Shown in pieces: positions 7,395-16,693 of a DNA stretch of 64,000 nt (positions within the stretch are counted from its first letter, which is position 1; every line of letters begins with the position of its first letter). The notes under the pieces were generated by a model. The model saw nothing but the letters and a program-made list of their open reading frames with translations. It was not told the DNA's origin and searched no databases. Location: positions 1 to 64,000 of the IMG/VR virus record IMGVR_UViG_2872728642_000001, one strand, 5' to 3'. This stretch comes from a virus. Taxonomy: Duplodnaviria > Caudoviricetes. Both the position numbers and the translations under genes were made by a program.

Positions 7395-10112
7395 TCACCT
7401 CCAGGCCCAAATGTGGAACGTCCGCGCCGACGGCGAGGTCCCGGCGGACGGATCGAAGAAGAACAGGTCGCTGTTGGTGCGGCTGAAGAGTTGCATGGTC
7501 GTGGTCTGCTCAGCCGTGAACGTGACCTTCGGCACGCTCGGAAAGGAGAAGCCGAGCGCCACCTGGTAGTAGGTGGCGCCCCTGGACACCGAGACCGACA
7601 GCATGATCAAGCCGGAGTCGTTGGCGTACAGCCACGTCCCCCGGTGGAACGTCCCGGACTGGTCGAACACGAGGAGCTGGTCCTGCTGGCTCGGGTGCAT
7701 CCACCCGATCGACGCCTGCCCCTCGACCGCCGACACCGCGCCGCCGCGCTGCTCACCGTTCGACGGGTTCAAGATGGCCGCCTGCCAGAAGCCAGCCGCG
7801 TGGACCAGACGGCACATCGCGGTGCTCGCCTGGTTGGTGCCCGACTCCATGACCAGCGTCGCCTCCCCGGCAAAACGGGAGCCGTCGCTGTAGATGCGCG
7901 ACTGATTGATCCCGCTGCCGGGGATGAACCGGATCTCCGGAGCTGCCGCGCCCGCAGGGTTGACCACGATCCGCGCGCCGGTCACCCCGGACGCGAGCTG
8001 ACCCACGATGGACACCGCGCCCGTGGCCGCCGAGATGCTGGCGGTCTGCTGGCCGGAGCCGTTGAACGCCACCAGGCCCGAGCTGTTGAGCTCGACCCGC
8101 GCACCGGACGCGCTGCCCGCGACGACCCGCGTGGACAACGTCAGCACCGCGGCGAGCTTGTCGGCCACCACCGCGCCGGCCGTGATGTGCTCGGCCTCGA
8201 CCGTCCCGGCGGCCAGCTTGTCGGCGGTGACCGCGTTCGCGGCCAACGCGCCCGTCGTGATGCTCTCGTTCGCGGCGTCACCCCGGACAAGCTGCACCGC
8301 GGCGATCGTCGCCGACGCGGACGGGGCCGACTCGTTGCCGGACCTGTCGATGGACGTGAACCGGAACTGCCGGTCCGCGCCGTACGGCAGGCCCGGGACG
8401 AGGATCGCCCCAGCCTCGCCCAGCACGCCGATTTCCGACCAGCCGGGCGCGAGCGGATCTTGCATCCACACGCGGACGTGCAGGAAGTCCGGCGGCATCG
8501 GCACCGCACCGACGCCGAGCCCGTCCCATGTGGCCCGGACCACGCCGAGCCGCGCGGAGAGCTGCGGAGCGGTGGGCACCGGCGGCGCTTCGTCGTCGTC
8601 AGGGATCGTCACCGCCACCGGTTCGGAGAAAGCCCCGACCTTGCCGAGGTTCACCGCCCTCACCTTGAAGGCGTACGCCTCGCCGATGACGAGCGGAGAG
8701 TACGTCGCCGTGGTGTCGCCCGCCTCGGTCGAGGTGACGAGGAACCACGGTGCGCCGGTCTCGTTGATCCGCATGAACAGCTCGTAGCCGCCCACGTTCA
8801 ACGCGACCCCGCCGACGTCGGAGGTGACCGCGCCCCACGAGACCGTCACCTGCCCGTGCGGCAGGCCGTGCTCGTCGATGTACGGGAGCGGGTTCACGAC
8901 CAGCCCGGCCGGGGCCGCCGGCGTGCGCGGCTCCGGCGCTTCCGGGGCCGGTCGCGCGCCGGACCCTCCGTCAGCGGTCGAACCACCGACGATACCGGCT
9001 GTCCGCCTGGCCAGCCGAATGTCCCGCTCCAGGAACCGGTCATGCAGCACCAGCGACCCGCCGAGCACGCCCGTCGAGCTGCGCGCCAACGTCACCTGCC
9101 GGACCCGCAACGACTCCAGCGCCCCACCGTCCCCCGGCGCGAGCACCCGGTCACCAGGCCGGTAGTCCTTCAGCGGCAGCCAGCGCGCCCCGTACAAAAC
9201 GACGCCGCGCGTGCGCTGCACCCGCTCGCCTCCGGCGCGCTCGAGCGCGGACTGCGCGAGGATCGTCGCAGTGCCCTCGTCGGAGACGCCGCCCGCGCCC
9301 ACGTACTGCTCCCAGGGGCCCCACGGTTGGACGGCGGCGGGGTTGGTGAACGTCTTGACGAGCCCGTTGTCCCCGACGATGAGGACCGACGACGCCGTGT
9401 CCTCCAGCGTGCCCTCGTCGGGCGCTTCGGCGACGTCGCGCCCGTACCGCAGGTCCACCGGGCTGGGCCCGGACGCCAGGTCGCGGCTCATCGCGGTGTC
9501 GGCGTTGAACACCTGGACGGTGCGGCCGGACGTGCGGAAGTCGCACACGCCCTGCTCGGCGAGGTTCTGCAGCGCCGTGAGCGCGTCCATGCCCGGCTGG
9601 TAGTAGATCGTGATGACCTTGTCCCACTCCTGACCCGCGCTGTCCTCGTCCGGGGTGAAGTCCCATTGCAGGAGCGGCACCGCGCCCCGGCCCTTGGCCT
9701 CCCCGATAAACGTCTGCAAGATCTCCCCTGCGGTCGCGCTGAGGAACGCCCTCTTGCCGTCCACCAGCGGCGCCGCACCGGGATGGAGCACGATCTTGCG
9801 GAGCATCCACACGAGGCCCGGCAGCTCGAACCTGGCCAGCCCAGTCGTATCGGAGGCGTCGCCGCGGCGCTTGATGCGCAGGAACCGCGAGTCCGACGCT
9901 TCGGTCCACACGGTGCCGTCCGTGCTCCACTCGGTGGCGATCTCGCACGGTTGGTCGAGCATAGCCGCGCCGGTCGCTGTGGTGGTGTAGGCGATCTTCA
10001 AGCTCGGCACGTCGTTGAGCGGCCAGCCGGTCTCGACCGACAGCGGATGCGGGAGCACGCCAAGGCGGTCGCCGAAAGGCGCATAGGCCACGAGCCGTAG
10101 ATCGAAGGTCAC
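7395..10112 (-). CDS. Minor tail / tail-tip protein (Tal-like plus FN3-like), copy 1
   Basis: 905 aa, GGAGG RBS, colinear with 3992-6778 (LRL.AYAP.G.RLGVLP...PLNDVPSLK). Confidence 0.8.
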   Translation of the reverse strand: MTFDLRLVAYAPFGDRLGVLPHPLSVETGWPLNDVPSLKIAYTTTATGAAMLDQPCEIATEWSTDGTVWTEASDSRFLRIKRRGDASDTTGLARFELPGLVWMLRKIVLHPGAAPLVDGKRAFLSATAGEILQTFIGEAKGRGAVPLLQWDFTPDEDSAGQEWDKVITIYYQPGMDALTALQNLAEQGVCDFRTSGRTVQVFNADTAMSRDLASGPSPVDLRYGRDVAEAPDEGTLEDTASSVLIVGDNGLVKTFTNPAAVQPWGPWEQYVGAGGVSDEGTATILAQSALERAGGERVQRTRGVVLYGARWLPLKDYRPGDRVLAPGDGGALESLRVRQVTLARSSTGVLGGSLVLHDRFLERDIRLARRTAGIVGGSTADGGSGARPAPEAPEPRTPAAPAGLVVNPLPYIDEHGLPHGQVTVSWGAVTSDVGGVALNVGGYELFMRINETGAPWFLVTSTEAGDTTATYSPLVIGEAYAFKVRAVNLGKVGAFSEPVAVTIPDDDEAPPVPTAPQLSARLGVVRATWDGLGVGAVPMPPDFLHVRVWMQDPLAPGWSEIGVLGEAGAILVPGLPYGADRQFRFTSIDRSGNESAPSASATIAAVQLVRGDAANESITTGALAANAVTADKLAAGTVEAEHITAGAVVADKLAAVLTLSTRVVAGSASGARVELNSSGLVAFNGSGQQTASISAATGAVSIVGQLASGVTGARIVVNPAGAAAPEIRFIPGSGINQSRIYSDGSRFAGEATLVMESGTNQASTAMCRLVHAAGFWQAAILNPSNGEQRGGAVSAVEGQASIGWMHPSQQDQLLVFDQSGTFHRGTWLYANDSGLIMLSVSVSRGATYYQVALGFSFPSVPKVTFTAEQTTTMQLFSRTNSDLFFFDPSAGTSPSARTFHIWAWR

Positions 10113-10135
10113 GCGCGACCTCCTCCTACGGAAGA

Positions 10136-10321
10136 ATGTGGAGCATTGTGATCGCTTTCACCTCACGGCCCCCGATCGACGTCCAAGTGACTCCGCGTGG
10201 CCGCATCATCATGCTCCCGGCCGTGTGGCCGCCGGAGCTCGACGCCGATGACATCGAGCTCCTGGTGCAACGGCTGATCGCCGCCGCCAAGCAGAGCCGG
10301 GCACAGACCGGTCAGAGGTAG
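10136..10321 (+). CDS. Possible small antisense ORF (61 aa)
   Basis: Fills the only ~200-bp gap of the tail operon; weak RBS. Confidence 0.35.
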   Translation: MWSIVIAFTSRPPIDVQVTPRGRIIMLPAVWPPELDADDIELLVQRLIAAAKQSRAQTGQR

Positions 10322-11181
10322 GCGCGACGCGCCCTGATCTCCACCTTGGACGGGGCGTCGGTGCTCGTCGCCGAGGTCGAAACCAGTACGGCGCGGCTGA
10401 ACGGATCGGCCACCGCGACGGACGACGTCAGGTGCAGCCACCGGAACTGCGAGCCAGGGCCGATCGCGTCGATCTCCCCCGTCACGTCATCCCCGGCGGC
10501 CAGGTCCCACGTGTCCGAGGTGACGACCGCGGCCCGCATCCGGCCACAGTCGATCAGCAGCCGCTGCCCCGCCAGCAGGCCACCTGGACGCAACACCCAG
10601 CCGCCCGTGGCGACGTCCCCGATGGACAGTTGCACGGCCGGGCCGGTGAACCGTAGCAGCGCGTCCACGATGGGCCCGGTCGCCCCCGCCAGCGTGGTCA
10701 CCGCCTGGGCGAGCTGATCGGGCGCGCCCGCCCAGGTGGACTCGGAGTCGTCCCGCCACAGCGCGCCCGGCACCTCGACCACGGCCGTGATGCGGGCGGT
10801 CGCGGCCCCGGTGTTGACCTCCGGTTCGCTGGCTGCGTTGATCGTCACGTCGGCGACGCGGACGAGGTTGCCCGCCTGGTAGCGCAACTTCATCAGCCGA
10901 TGCCGGGTGCCGAGAAGCGCCGACAGCGCCTCCAGGTTGCGCTCCATCTGCTCATAGCCGCCATCAGCCCCCGAAGGGGTGGCCGAGGTGACCTTGAACG
11001 TCAGGCCAAACGTGGTGGCCTCCAGGTCAAGGCCGACGACCGGGATGTCACCGTGCCGGCCCGGCACGCTGACTTTGACGGCCCGCGCGCCGGGCAACGG
11101 CCTGCGCTGCGTCCCCTTCTTGAGTCGCCAGCAGCCGGCCGGGTGGTCGAGCGGCACCCCGTCGAGTGAGTAGCTCGGCAC
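10312..11181 (-). CDS. Distal tail protein (Dit)-like
   Basis: 289 aa right after the TMP; VSVPGRHG motif typical of siphovirus Dit N-termini. Confidence 0.7.
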   Translation of the reverse strand: MPSYSLDGVPLDHPAGCWRLKKGTQRRPLPGARAVKVSVPGRHGDIPVVGLDLEATTFGLTFKVTSATPSGADGGYEQMERNLEALSALLGTRHRLMKLRYQAGNLVRVADVTINAASEPEVNTGAATARITAVVEVPGALWRDDSESTWAGAPDQLAQAVTTLAGATGPIVDALLRFTGPAVQLSIGDVATGGWVLRPGGLLAGQRLLIDCGRMRAAVVTSDTWDLAAGDDVTGEIDAIGPGSQFRWLHLTSSVAVADPFSRAVLVSTSATSTDAPSKVEIRARRAYL

Positions 11182-11182
11182 C

Positions 11183-13555
11183 TCAGATCACCCCCATCGC
11201 GCCCACGTACTGCAGGCTGCGGTTCACCGTCACCGACGTGGGTTCGGCCTGCGGGTAGTGATTCGTCACGTTCACCACCGTCCGCGACAAGGCGCGCCCA
11301 CCGCCGAGACCGTCCGGGACGGTCACGCCCGGCACCGACAGGTCCGGCATCGCCGTCCTCGTCGCGAGCCCGGCGACCTTCTTCAGCGAGGACACGACGA
11401 GCCCGCGGCCCTTGTCCACGCCGATCGACATGCCTTGCATCATGAAGGCTCCGATCTGGGCGAACACCTTCGACGGCGACTTGATGCCGAGGGCGTCCTT
11501 GGCGCTCTTGACGATGTTGGCGAAGAAGTTGCGGACGTTGTTGTACAGGCCGCTGGCCAGCGACTGGAGTTTGTTCCAGAAGCCGGAAACGACGTCCTGG
11601 GCGATGCCCGCCATGGTCGGACCTATGGAGGACACCGCGTTTTTGATCTTGCCTGGGAGCGCCGAGAACCAGCCGATGAGCTTCGTGCCGATCCACGTGC
11701 CGATGGCGGTGACCATGTCGGGGATGATCGAATTGCCGACGAGGATGTTGTACATCCAGCGGAAGATCGCGACTCCGGCCTCGATGGCAGGTTTGATCTG
11801 CGCGACGATCTGGGCCACCTTGGCGCCCATCTGCACGAAGGCGACTCCGAGCTGAGTCACGATCGGGATGACCGGGACGACCGCAGGCAGGATGTCCTTG
11901 ATCGCCATTACAAGCAAATCGGCCAAAAGCGGAATAAGCGGTTTGACGGCATTAATCAGTTCAATAAAGGCAGGAACTAGCCCATTTAGCAGCGACGGGG
12001 CGAGCTGCAGGATCGGCGGCAGCACGGATTGCACAATTGCGCCCGCAATTTGCCCAAAAGCTGCATAAACGGGCTGCATTGCAGGTCCGAGCAGGGCAAA
12101 AGCGGACGAAATGGACGCCAAGGCAGGCTGCAGGGCGCTCGAAAAAGCGCTGATCAGCGGACCGAGCGCAGCCGAGATGTTACTCAGCGCAATGCCAAGG
12201 ACCTGGCCCAGAATGCCCGCTAATTGCGCTACCGCTGGTAGCAGCGGAGCGACTGCAACGAGAGCTGCAGAGAGCCCCTGACCGAGCATGAGCAGCCCGG
12301 ACTGCAGCTCAGGGCTCGCGAACGCTTGTGCGAGCATCTGGGCGACCACGGTCAACCCAGGCCCCAGAGCGGCCAGAGCCGGCCCGAGCGCCGAGACCGC
12401 AGCGGCGAGCCCAGGACCCAGCGCCGTCGCGATGGACGCGATATGCGGCGCGACCAACGCCAACGCGCCGCCCAGTGCCTTGAAGATGGGCATCAGGGCT
12501 GAGCCGACCTGCGACAACGCCCCGAAGATCGCGACGAGCGCTTTCTGGCCCTCCGCGCTCGCCAGGAACTGGTTCAGTTGATCAAGAAGCTGCCCGAGCA
12601 CTCCGAGAGCGTTCGACCCGCCAGCGGACATCGCCGAAAAGACCGACTTGACGATGCCGACCAGGTCGCCGCCGACCTGCCCGAGCTGCTTGAACACGTC
12701 CAGCGCACCCTGCATCCAACTAAGTGCGGTACCGCTTTTAGCGGCGTTGGACAGGAACTCTCCGAACCGCTGAGCCGCAGCCGCGATACCGGGAACCAGT
12801 CCCGACGACCAAGACGCACCGACCACGGCGATGTCGCGAAACCCAGCCAGGAGTGGTTGGATCGCGGGCTGGATCGAGGCGACCGCCGATCGCAGCGAAC
12901 TGAAGATCGACGAGATCGCTGCCACCGTCGCCGACGACGAGGCGAACCGCGCCACCTCTGCGCCGGCGAGACCGAACTCTCTGGCCACGCCCTGCATGCC
13001 GGTCCGCAGCGGCCCGACCATCGCGTCTGCCACCGCCCGGATCTGGCCCGCGAGCGGCCGGAAGAAGGCGTCTTGGACGGCGCTCTTGAGACCGTCGATC
13101 GCGGGCTTGACCGAGTGCAGCTCGCGGGCGGCTGCCTGCGCCGCAGGTGAGAGCCCTGCCAGGCTCTCCTCGAACTTTTTCGGATCATCGCCAAGGGCTG
13201 CGCCGAAGGCGTCGCCCACGTCGGCCAAAGCCACCTTGAGGACAGCCATCGCGCCGACACCGAGCGCGATCATGCCCGGAAGGGCAGCGACAATGCCGCC
13301 TGCCGGGGCCAGCGCTGCGACCAGACCGACCGCGCTCTGCGCCGCCGCAGCCATCGACGCCGCCAGGGTGGCCGCCTTCAGCGCCGCGCCGGTGAACTCG
13401 ACGCCCATCGACCCGGCGCGCTTGGCGACCGCGCCCACGTCGATGTCGATCTTCTTCGCGGCGTCGCGCATGAAGGTCATGAACCGGCGGACAACGGTCG
13501 CGCCCCGGTCCTTCACGTTGATCTCAGCGAACAGTTCGCCGACATTCAGCGCCAC
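11183..13555 (-). CDS. Tape measure protein
   Basis: 790 aa, Ala/Gly/Leu-rich amphipathic repeats, MALNVGELFAEI start, C-terminal LGIKSPSKVF. Confidence 0.9.
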   Translation of the reverse strand: MALNVGELFAEINVKDRGATVVRRFMTFMRDAAKKIDIDVGAVAKRAGSMGVEFTGAALKAATLAASMAAAAQSAVGLVAALAPAGGIVAALPGMIALGVGAMAVLKVALADVGDAFGAALGDDPKKFEESLAGLSPAAQAAARELHSVKPAIDGLKSAVQDAFFRPLAGQIRAVADAMVGPLRTGMQGVAREFGLAGAEVARFASSSATVAAISSIFSSLRSAVASIQPAIQPLLAGFRDIAVVGASWSSGLVPGIAAAAQRFGEFLSNAAKSGTALSWMQGALDVFKQLGQVGGDLVGIVKSVFSAMSAGGSNALGVLGQLLDQLNQFLASAEGQKALVAIFGALSQVGSALMPIFKALGGALALVAPHIASIATALGPGLAAAVSALGPALAALGPGLTVVAQMLAQAFASPELQSGLLMLGQGLSAALVAVAPLLPAVAQLAGILGQVLGIALSNISAALGPLISAFSSALQPALASISSAFALLGPAMQPVYAAFGQIAGAIVQSVLPPILQLAPSLLNGLVPAFIELINAVKPLIPLLADLLVMAIKDILPAVVPVIPIVTQLGVAFVQMGAKVAQIVAQIKPAIEAGVAIFRWMYNILVGNSIIPDMVTAIGTWIGTKLIGWFSALPGKIKNAVSSIGPTMAGIAQDVVSGFWNKLQSLASGLYNNVRNFFANIVKSAKDALGIKSPSKVFAQIGAFMMQGMSIGVDKGRGLVVSSLKKVAGLATRTAMPDLSVPGVTVPDGLGGGRALSRTVVNVTNHYPQAEPTSVTVNRSLQYVGAMGVI
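12722..12742. promoter_or_regulatory. Dispersed 21-bp motif, copy 2 (inside the TMP gene)
   Basis: AAGTGCGGTACCGCTTTTAGC; forces AT-rich codons GCT AAA AGC GGT ACC GCA CTT. Confidence 0.6.
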
Positions 13556-13623
13556 CGGGATTCACCTCCTGGAGTCTCGGGCGGGTGAAGCCGCGGCGGG
13601 AAAACACATGTCGAAGGCCCGCC

Positions 13624-14312
13624 TCACTGCCGCCCCTCGCCCGGGTCGAGGGCGCAGGCCAAACGCGAGTCACACGTCAGCAGCCCGTGCAGCCGCGTCC
13701 GCAGCCACCGCCACGAGCGGGTGCGCAGCACGCCGGGCTCGCCGAGGTCGATGCCGTACACCTCATGCAGGTCGGGCTCGACGAGCGCCCAGCGCGTCAG
13801 GATGTCTTGCCACGAGACGGTGCGGCCTTTCGAGACCGAGAAGCCGTCGTCTTCGTAGTAGTCACGGATCCCCGAGACCGGGTCGATGTCGCCGCCGCTG
13901 CCGTCGCCCGGCGCGTCGCCCGATTCGGGGCCTGGGCTTCCCCCGAGCCGCCCGAGGCCCAGATCTTCGCGGCGGCGTCCTTACCGGCGGCGACCCACAC
14001 CAGCGCGGTCGCGCCGACGTGCTGGATGCGAGGCCACTTCACCTTGTCGGCGTGCAGCTCGTCCCACACCGGCCCGAGGATGCGCTGGTACAGGTCGCGC
14101 TCCTCGTCGTCGTTGAGCACGACTTCAACCAGCTCGTTGAGCTTGGGGTCATCCACCGTGTCGCCCTGCTCAGCGGCCAGGCTGGCGTTCATGAGCCGCT
14201 GGCACAGCAGACCGACCTCAGCGTCGGGAGGCGGGACGACGTACCACTTCCCGCCCACCGGGAGCGGCAAGGTGTCGTCAAAGAACTCGTCGAGGTCCTG
14301 GAACTGGGTCAC
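13624..14312 (-). CDS. Tail assembly chaperone, long form via -1 frameshift
   Basis: The -1 frame after the GGGGGAA slippery site is open to the TGA at 13624 and encodes WQDIL..W..VE.DLH..YGIDL...RSWRWLR. Confidence 0.8.
13797..14312 (-). CDS. Tail assembly chaperone, short form
   Basis: GTGA overlap with the tail tube stop; lies between tube and TMP. Confidence 0.8.
   Translation of the reverse strand: MTQFQDLDEFFDDTLPLPVGGKWYVVPPPDAEVGLLCQRLMNASLAAEQGDTVDDPKLNELVEVVLNDDEERDLYQRILGPVWDELHADKVKWPRIQHVGATALVWVAAGKDAAAKIWASGGSGEAQAPNRATRRATAAAATSTRSRGSVTTTKTTASRSRKAAPSRGKTS
13938..13944 (-). other. Programmed -1 ribosomal frameshift site G GGG GAA
   Basis: TTCCCCC on the + strand; canonical tail-chaperone position. 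Confidence 0.75.
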
Positions 14313-14785
14313 GGGGTGACCACCGGGTTCTCGATCTCGACCGGCTCGCCCTGGCCCAGCAGAGTGAACGAGAACGGCTCCAGGTCGGTCACGCTGCCGC
14401 CCTTGACGAACTCGGAGACGGTGCAGACGCCTTCGTAGGCGTCGGGAGCGCCGTCCCTGCGGTACCACCTGACCTTGATGTTCGCGCCGAAGCCAACCTT
14501 GCGGGCCGCCTTCCGGATGGCCTCCTGCCCCGGGTCGGGTGTGAACACTGCGGCGTCGGTCCGCTTCCTCCGTCCCTCGGCCTCGATCTGCCAGGTCCGG
14601 CCGGTCACGACGGAGCTGCCCCAGCCTTCCTCGTCGTCGAAGTCGCCGTCGTCCTCCGTGTTGTCGTCGGTGGTCTCTTGGAAGGACGTCAAGCCCTTGA
14701 CCGACGTCCAGATGGGGTTCTCGAAGTCGGGCCCTGTATTGACGTCGAGCTTCCAGTCCTTCGCGAGCAGGGAACGCAGGCCCAT
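14309..14785 (-). CDS. Major tail (tube) protein
   Basis: AAGGAG RBS; acidic loop (DDGDFDDEEGW), W.I..EG.R, and F.FTL.GQG.P at the C-terminus. Confidence 0.8.
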   Translation of the reverse strand: MGLRSLLAKDWKLDVNTGPDFENPIWTSVKGLTSFQETTDDNTEDDGDFDDEEGWGSSVVTGRTWQIEAEGRRKRTDAAVFTPDPGQEAIRKAARKVGFGANIKVRWYRRDGAPDAYEGVCTVSEFVKGGSVTDLEPFSFTLLGQGEPVEIENPVVTP

Positions 14786-14815
14786 GATCACTCCTTGAAA
14801 GGGCATGCTGGAACA

Positions 14816-14837
14816 CTGAAAGCGGGACCGCTTTCAG
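14816..14837. promoter_or_regulatory. Dispersed motif, copy 3
   Basis: CTGAAAGCGG-GA-CCGCTTTCAG palindrome upstream of the tail tube gene. Confidence 0.7.
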
Positions 14838-14854
14838 CAGGGAAAGGGGAGAGG

Positions 14855-15301
14855 TCAGGCGTCGCGGTGCGGCGACGGCCGGTGGCACATCAGGTCGAAA
14901 GAGTCGGCCCGTTCCCACCGGCCCGAGCTGTCGCGGCCGAGCGGCGCGACCAGCGTCCGCCGCGCGAGCAGCACCTGAACGCCGGTCGAGAGCATCACGT
15001 TGGCCAGGCCGTGGATCGCGTCGAACACGCCGTCCGCCAGGTCGTCCACAACCCGCGGGTCCGTCTTCGCCCGGAACCGGGCCTGCATCTGCACGGCCGA
15101 GTCCGGCTGCTCAACGTCGTCGCCCATCTGGCCCACGCCGTACACCGCGAGCGCGATGGCCGTGTCCGGGGATGCCGGGAGACCACCGATCGTGAGCGCC
15201 GTCTGGTTGGCCGTGTAGATCCCGTTGGGATTCCACGTCGCCACACCGGCCTCGCCTAGCAGGACGGCAAACCCGGTCAGCAGATCACGAGTCCAGGTCA
15301 C
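14855..15301 (-). CDS. Tail terminator / minor capsid-3-like protein
   Basis: 148 aa in the head-tail joining block; VQMQARFR and GRWERADSF motifs. Confidence 0.7.
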   Translation of the reverse strand: MTWTRDLLTGFAVLLGEAGVATWNPNGIYTANQTALTIGGLPASPDTAIALAVYGVGQMGDDVEQPDSAVQMQARFRAKTDPRVVDDLADGVFDAIHGLANVMLSTGVQVLLARRTLVAPLGRDSSGRWERADSFDLMCHRPSPHRDA

Positions 15302-15651
15302 TTGAGCACCTGCCGGATCTGCTTGGCGATCAGCAACCTGACCACCTCGCGCTCCTCACGCACCGCGAGTTCCAAGAACTTCGCGGTCCGGCCGGGCTTG
15401 TGCTTGTAGTCGAGGTTTTCGTGCTGCGGCACCGCATACGAGCCGTCGTAGGAGACGACGCTACGCAGTTCATTCTCATCGACAACGGCCGCACCCGACC
15501 GCTCCAGCGTGCCCTCGTCATGCGGGACACGCTGATTGGACACCGACAGAACATGCTCGGTGGCATGACGGAGGCCGCGCCCGGCCGCGCGCCGGATCTC
15601 AGCCGTGATCTCCTCCGCGTTGACCTTGGCGTTGAATCTGGCTCTGGCCAT
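15298..15651 (-). CDS. Neck / tail-completion protein (HK97 gp10-like)
   Basis: VP.DEGTLERS, Y...YA..QHE.L.Y.H and AKFLE motifs. Confidence 0.75.
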   Translation of the reverse strand: MARARFNAKVNAEEITAEIRRAAGRGLRHATEHVLSVSNQRVPHDEGTLERSGAAVVDENELRSVVSYDGSYAVPQHENLDYKHKPGRTAKFLELAVREEREVVRLLIAKQIRQVLK

Positions 15652-15962
15652 CAGCGGCACACCACCTCAACGTGGTCCGGCGTCGGCAATCCGCCGCCGT
15701 CGCGGGCAAAACTCGTGATGACTGTGGTCTGCCGCCCGTTGACGGTGACCCTGCTCCCCTCCGGGCAGGTCGTGCCTGGAGGGAAGAACACGGTCGTATC
15801 GCTGACGACCTCGGCTCCCTGTGCGTCCCGCACCAGGCGCCGCTCGTCGTCCACGAGGCAGCGGGACTCGAACGGCTCCCCGTACACCGGCCCGTAGGCC
15901 CCGTCTCCCTGGAACGGCTCGATGATCGCCTTGTGGCGCAGCAGCCACTCGGGCAGCATCAC
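15651..15962 (-). CDS. Head closure protein
   Basis: G.GAYG..YG..F...C.VDD..RLVR...G.EVVS pattern; translationally coupled. Confidence 0.7.
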   Translation of the reverse strand: MMLPEWLLRHKAIIEPFQGDGAYGPVYGEPFESRCLVDDERRLVRDAQGAEVVSDTTVFFPPGTTCPEGSRVTVNGRQTTVITSFARDGGGLPTPDHVEVVCR

Positions 15963-16348
15963 CACACGCTCCCGTCGAGGATGTAGCCGGGTAGCAGCCC
16001 CGCCCGCTGCAGGATCGACGAGGCGTCCGGCGAGTACCGAGGAGGCGGCGCGTCCCCGGAGCCGCCACGCTCCAGCCGGACCGATCCGATCGCGACCCGG
16101 CCGAAGGCGGCGGCAACGCCGAACTCATCGCCCACGGCGACCGTCCACGCGACCTGCGCGCACGTCGCCCGCTTGATCGCCTCGATGTCCTCCGGCCTTG
16201 TGGGCATGCCCGCGTCGTCGGTCGGGTAGATCGAGGCGAACAGCATCTCGTCGATCCGCTCGCTCGCGCGCTCCAGCCGCCGGTCGATGTCGTCAGGCGC
16301 GGCCTTGCCGCTGTATGCCGTGAAGTCGGCAGCCGTCGCGTATGCCAT
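15959..16348 (-). CDS. Head-tail adaptor
   Basis: YAT..D, L.RASE.ID, ATCAQV and AIGSV motifs. Confidence 0.75.
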   Translation of the reverse strand: MAYATAADFTAYSGKAAPDDIDRRLERASERIDEMLFASIYPTDDAGMPTRPEDIEAIKRATCAQVAWTVAVGDEFGVAAAFGRVAIGSVRLERGGSGDAPPPRYSPDASSILQRAGLLPGYILDGSVW

Positions 16349-16351
16349 GGG

Positions 16352-16693
16352 CTACGCCGGCTGCTCGATCACACCGACCGTCAGCCCTGCCGGGGCCGCA
16401 TAGTCGATGTACACCTTGCCGTTGGCCTGCCGGTAGACGGCACTGAACGGCGGCAGCAGCAGGGAATCGTTCGCCGGGACGGCGACCGGCAGGTCCACCA
16501 CGTCCTGACCTTCGACCGTCGCAGGGATCTGCACGGTCACCGCTGCGGGCGCGCCGTTGCTGTTCTTGAGCAGCAGCATGCGCCGCGCGGTGTGGTCGAA
16601 GGCGTTGCCATCCGCGTTGGCCGCGACCAGGCCAGCGCCGAGCGCTACGCCGGTACGCGGCATGGGCCGGACGACCAGATCAGTCCTCGCCAT
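16352..16693 (-). CDS. Putative capsid decoration / virion protein
   Basis: 113-aa beta-rich protein downstream of the capsid gene. Confidence 0.5.
   Translation of the reverse strand: MARTDLVVRPMPRTGVALGAGLVAANADGNAFDHTARRMLLLKNSNGAPAAVTVQIPATVEGQDVVDLPVAVPANDSLLLPPFSAVYRQANGKVYIDYAAPAGLTVGVIEQPA

Noticed and set aside
7248-10100. Very long + strand ORFs (950, 715, 616, 551, 535 aa and others) opposite the structural genes
   Set aside because: Shadow ORFs of high-GC coding strands: Arg/Gly/Pro-rich, no motifs, fully overlapping well-supported genes.
3992-10112. Diversity-generating retroelement or invertible shufflon behind the duplicated tail genes
   Set aside because: No reverse transcriptase, no adenine-specific template/variable repeat pair seen, no inverted orientation or invertase.
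11943-11970. TTGACG-N16-TAAAGG as an internal antisense promoter in the TMP gene
   Set aside because: The -10 lacks the conserved final T and the spacing is suboptimal; not supportable.
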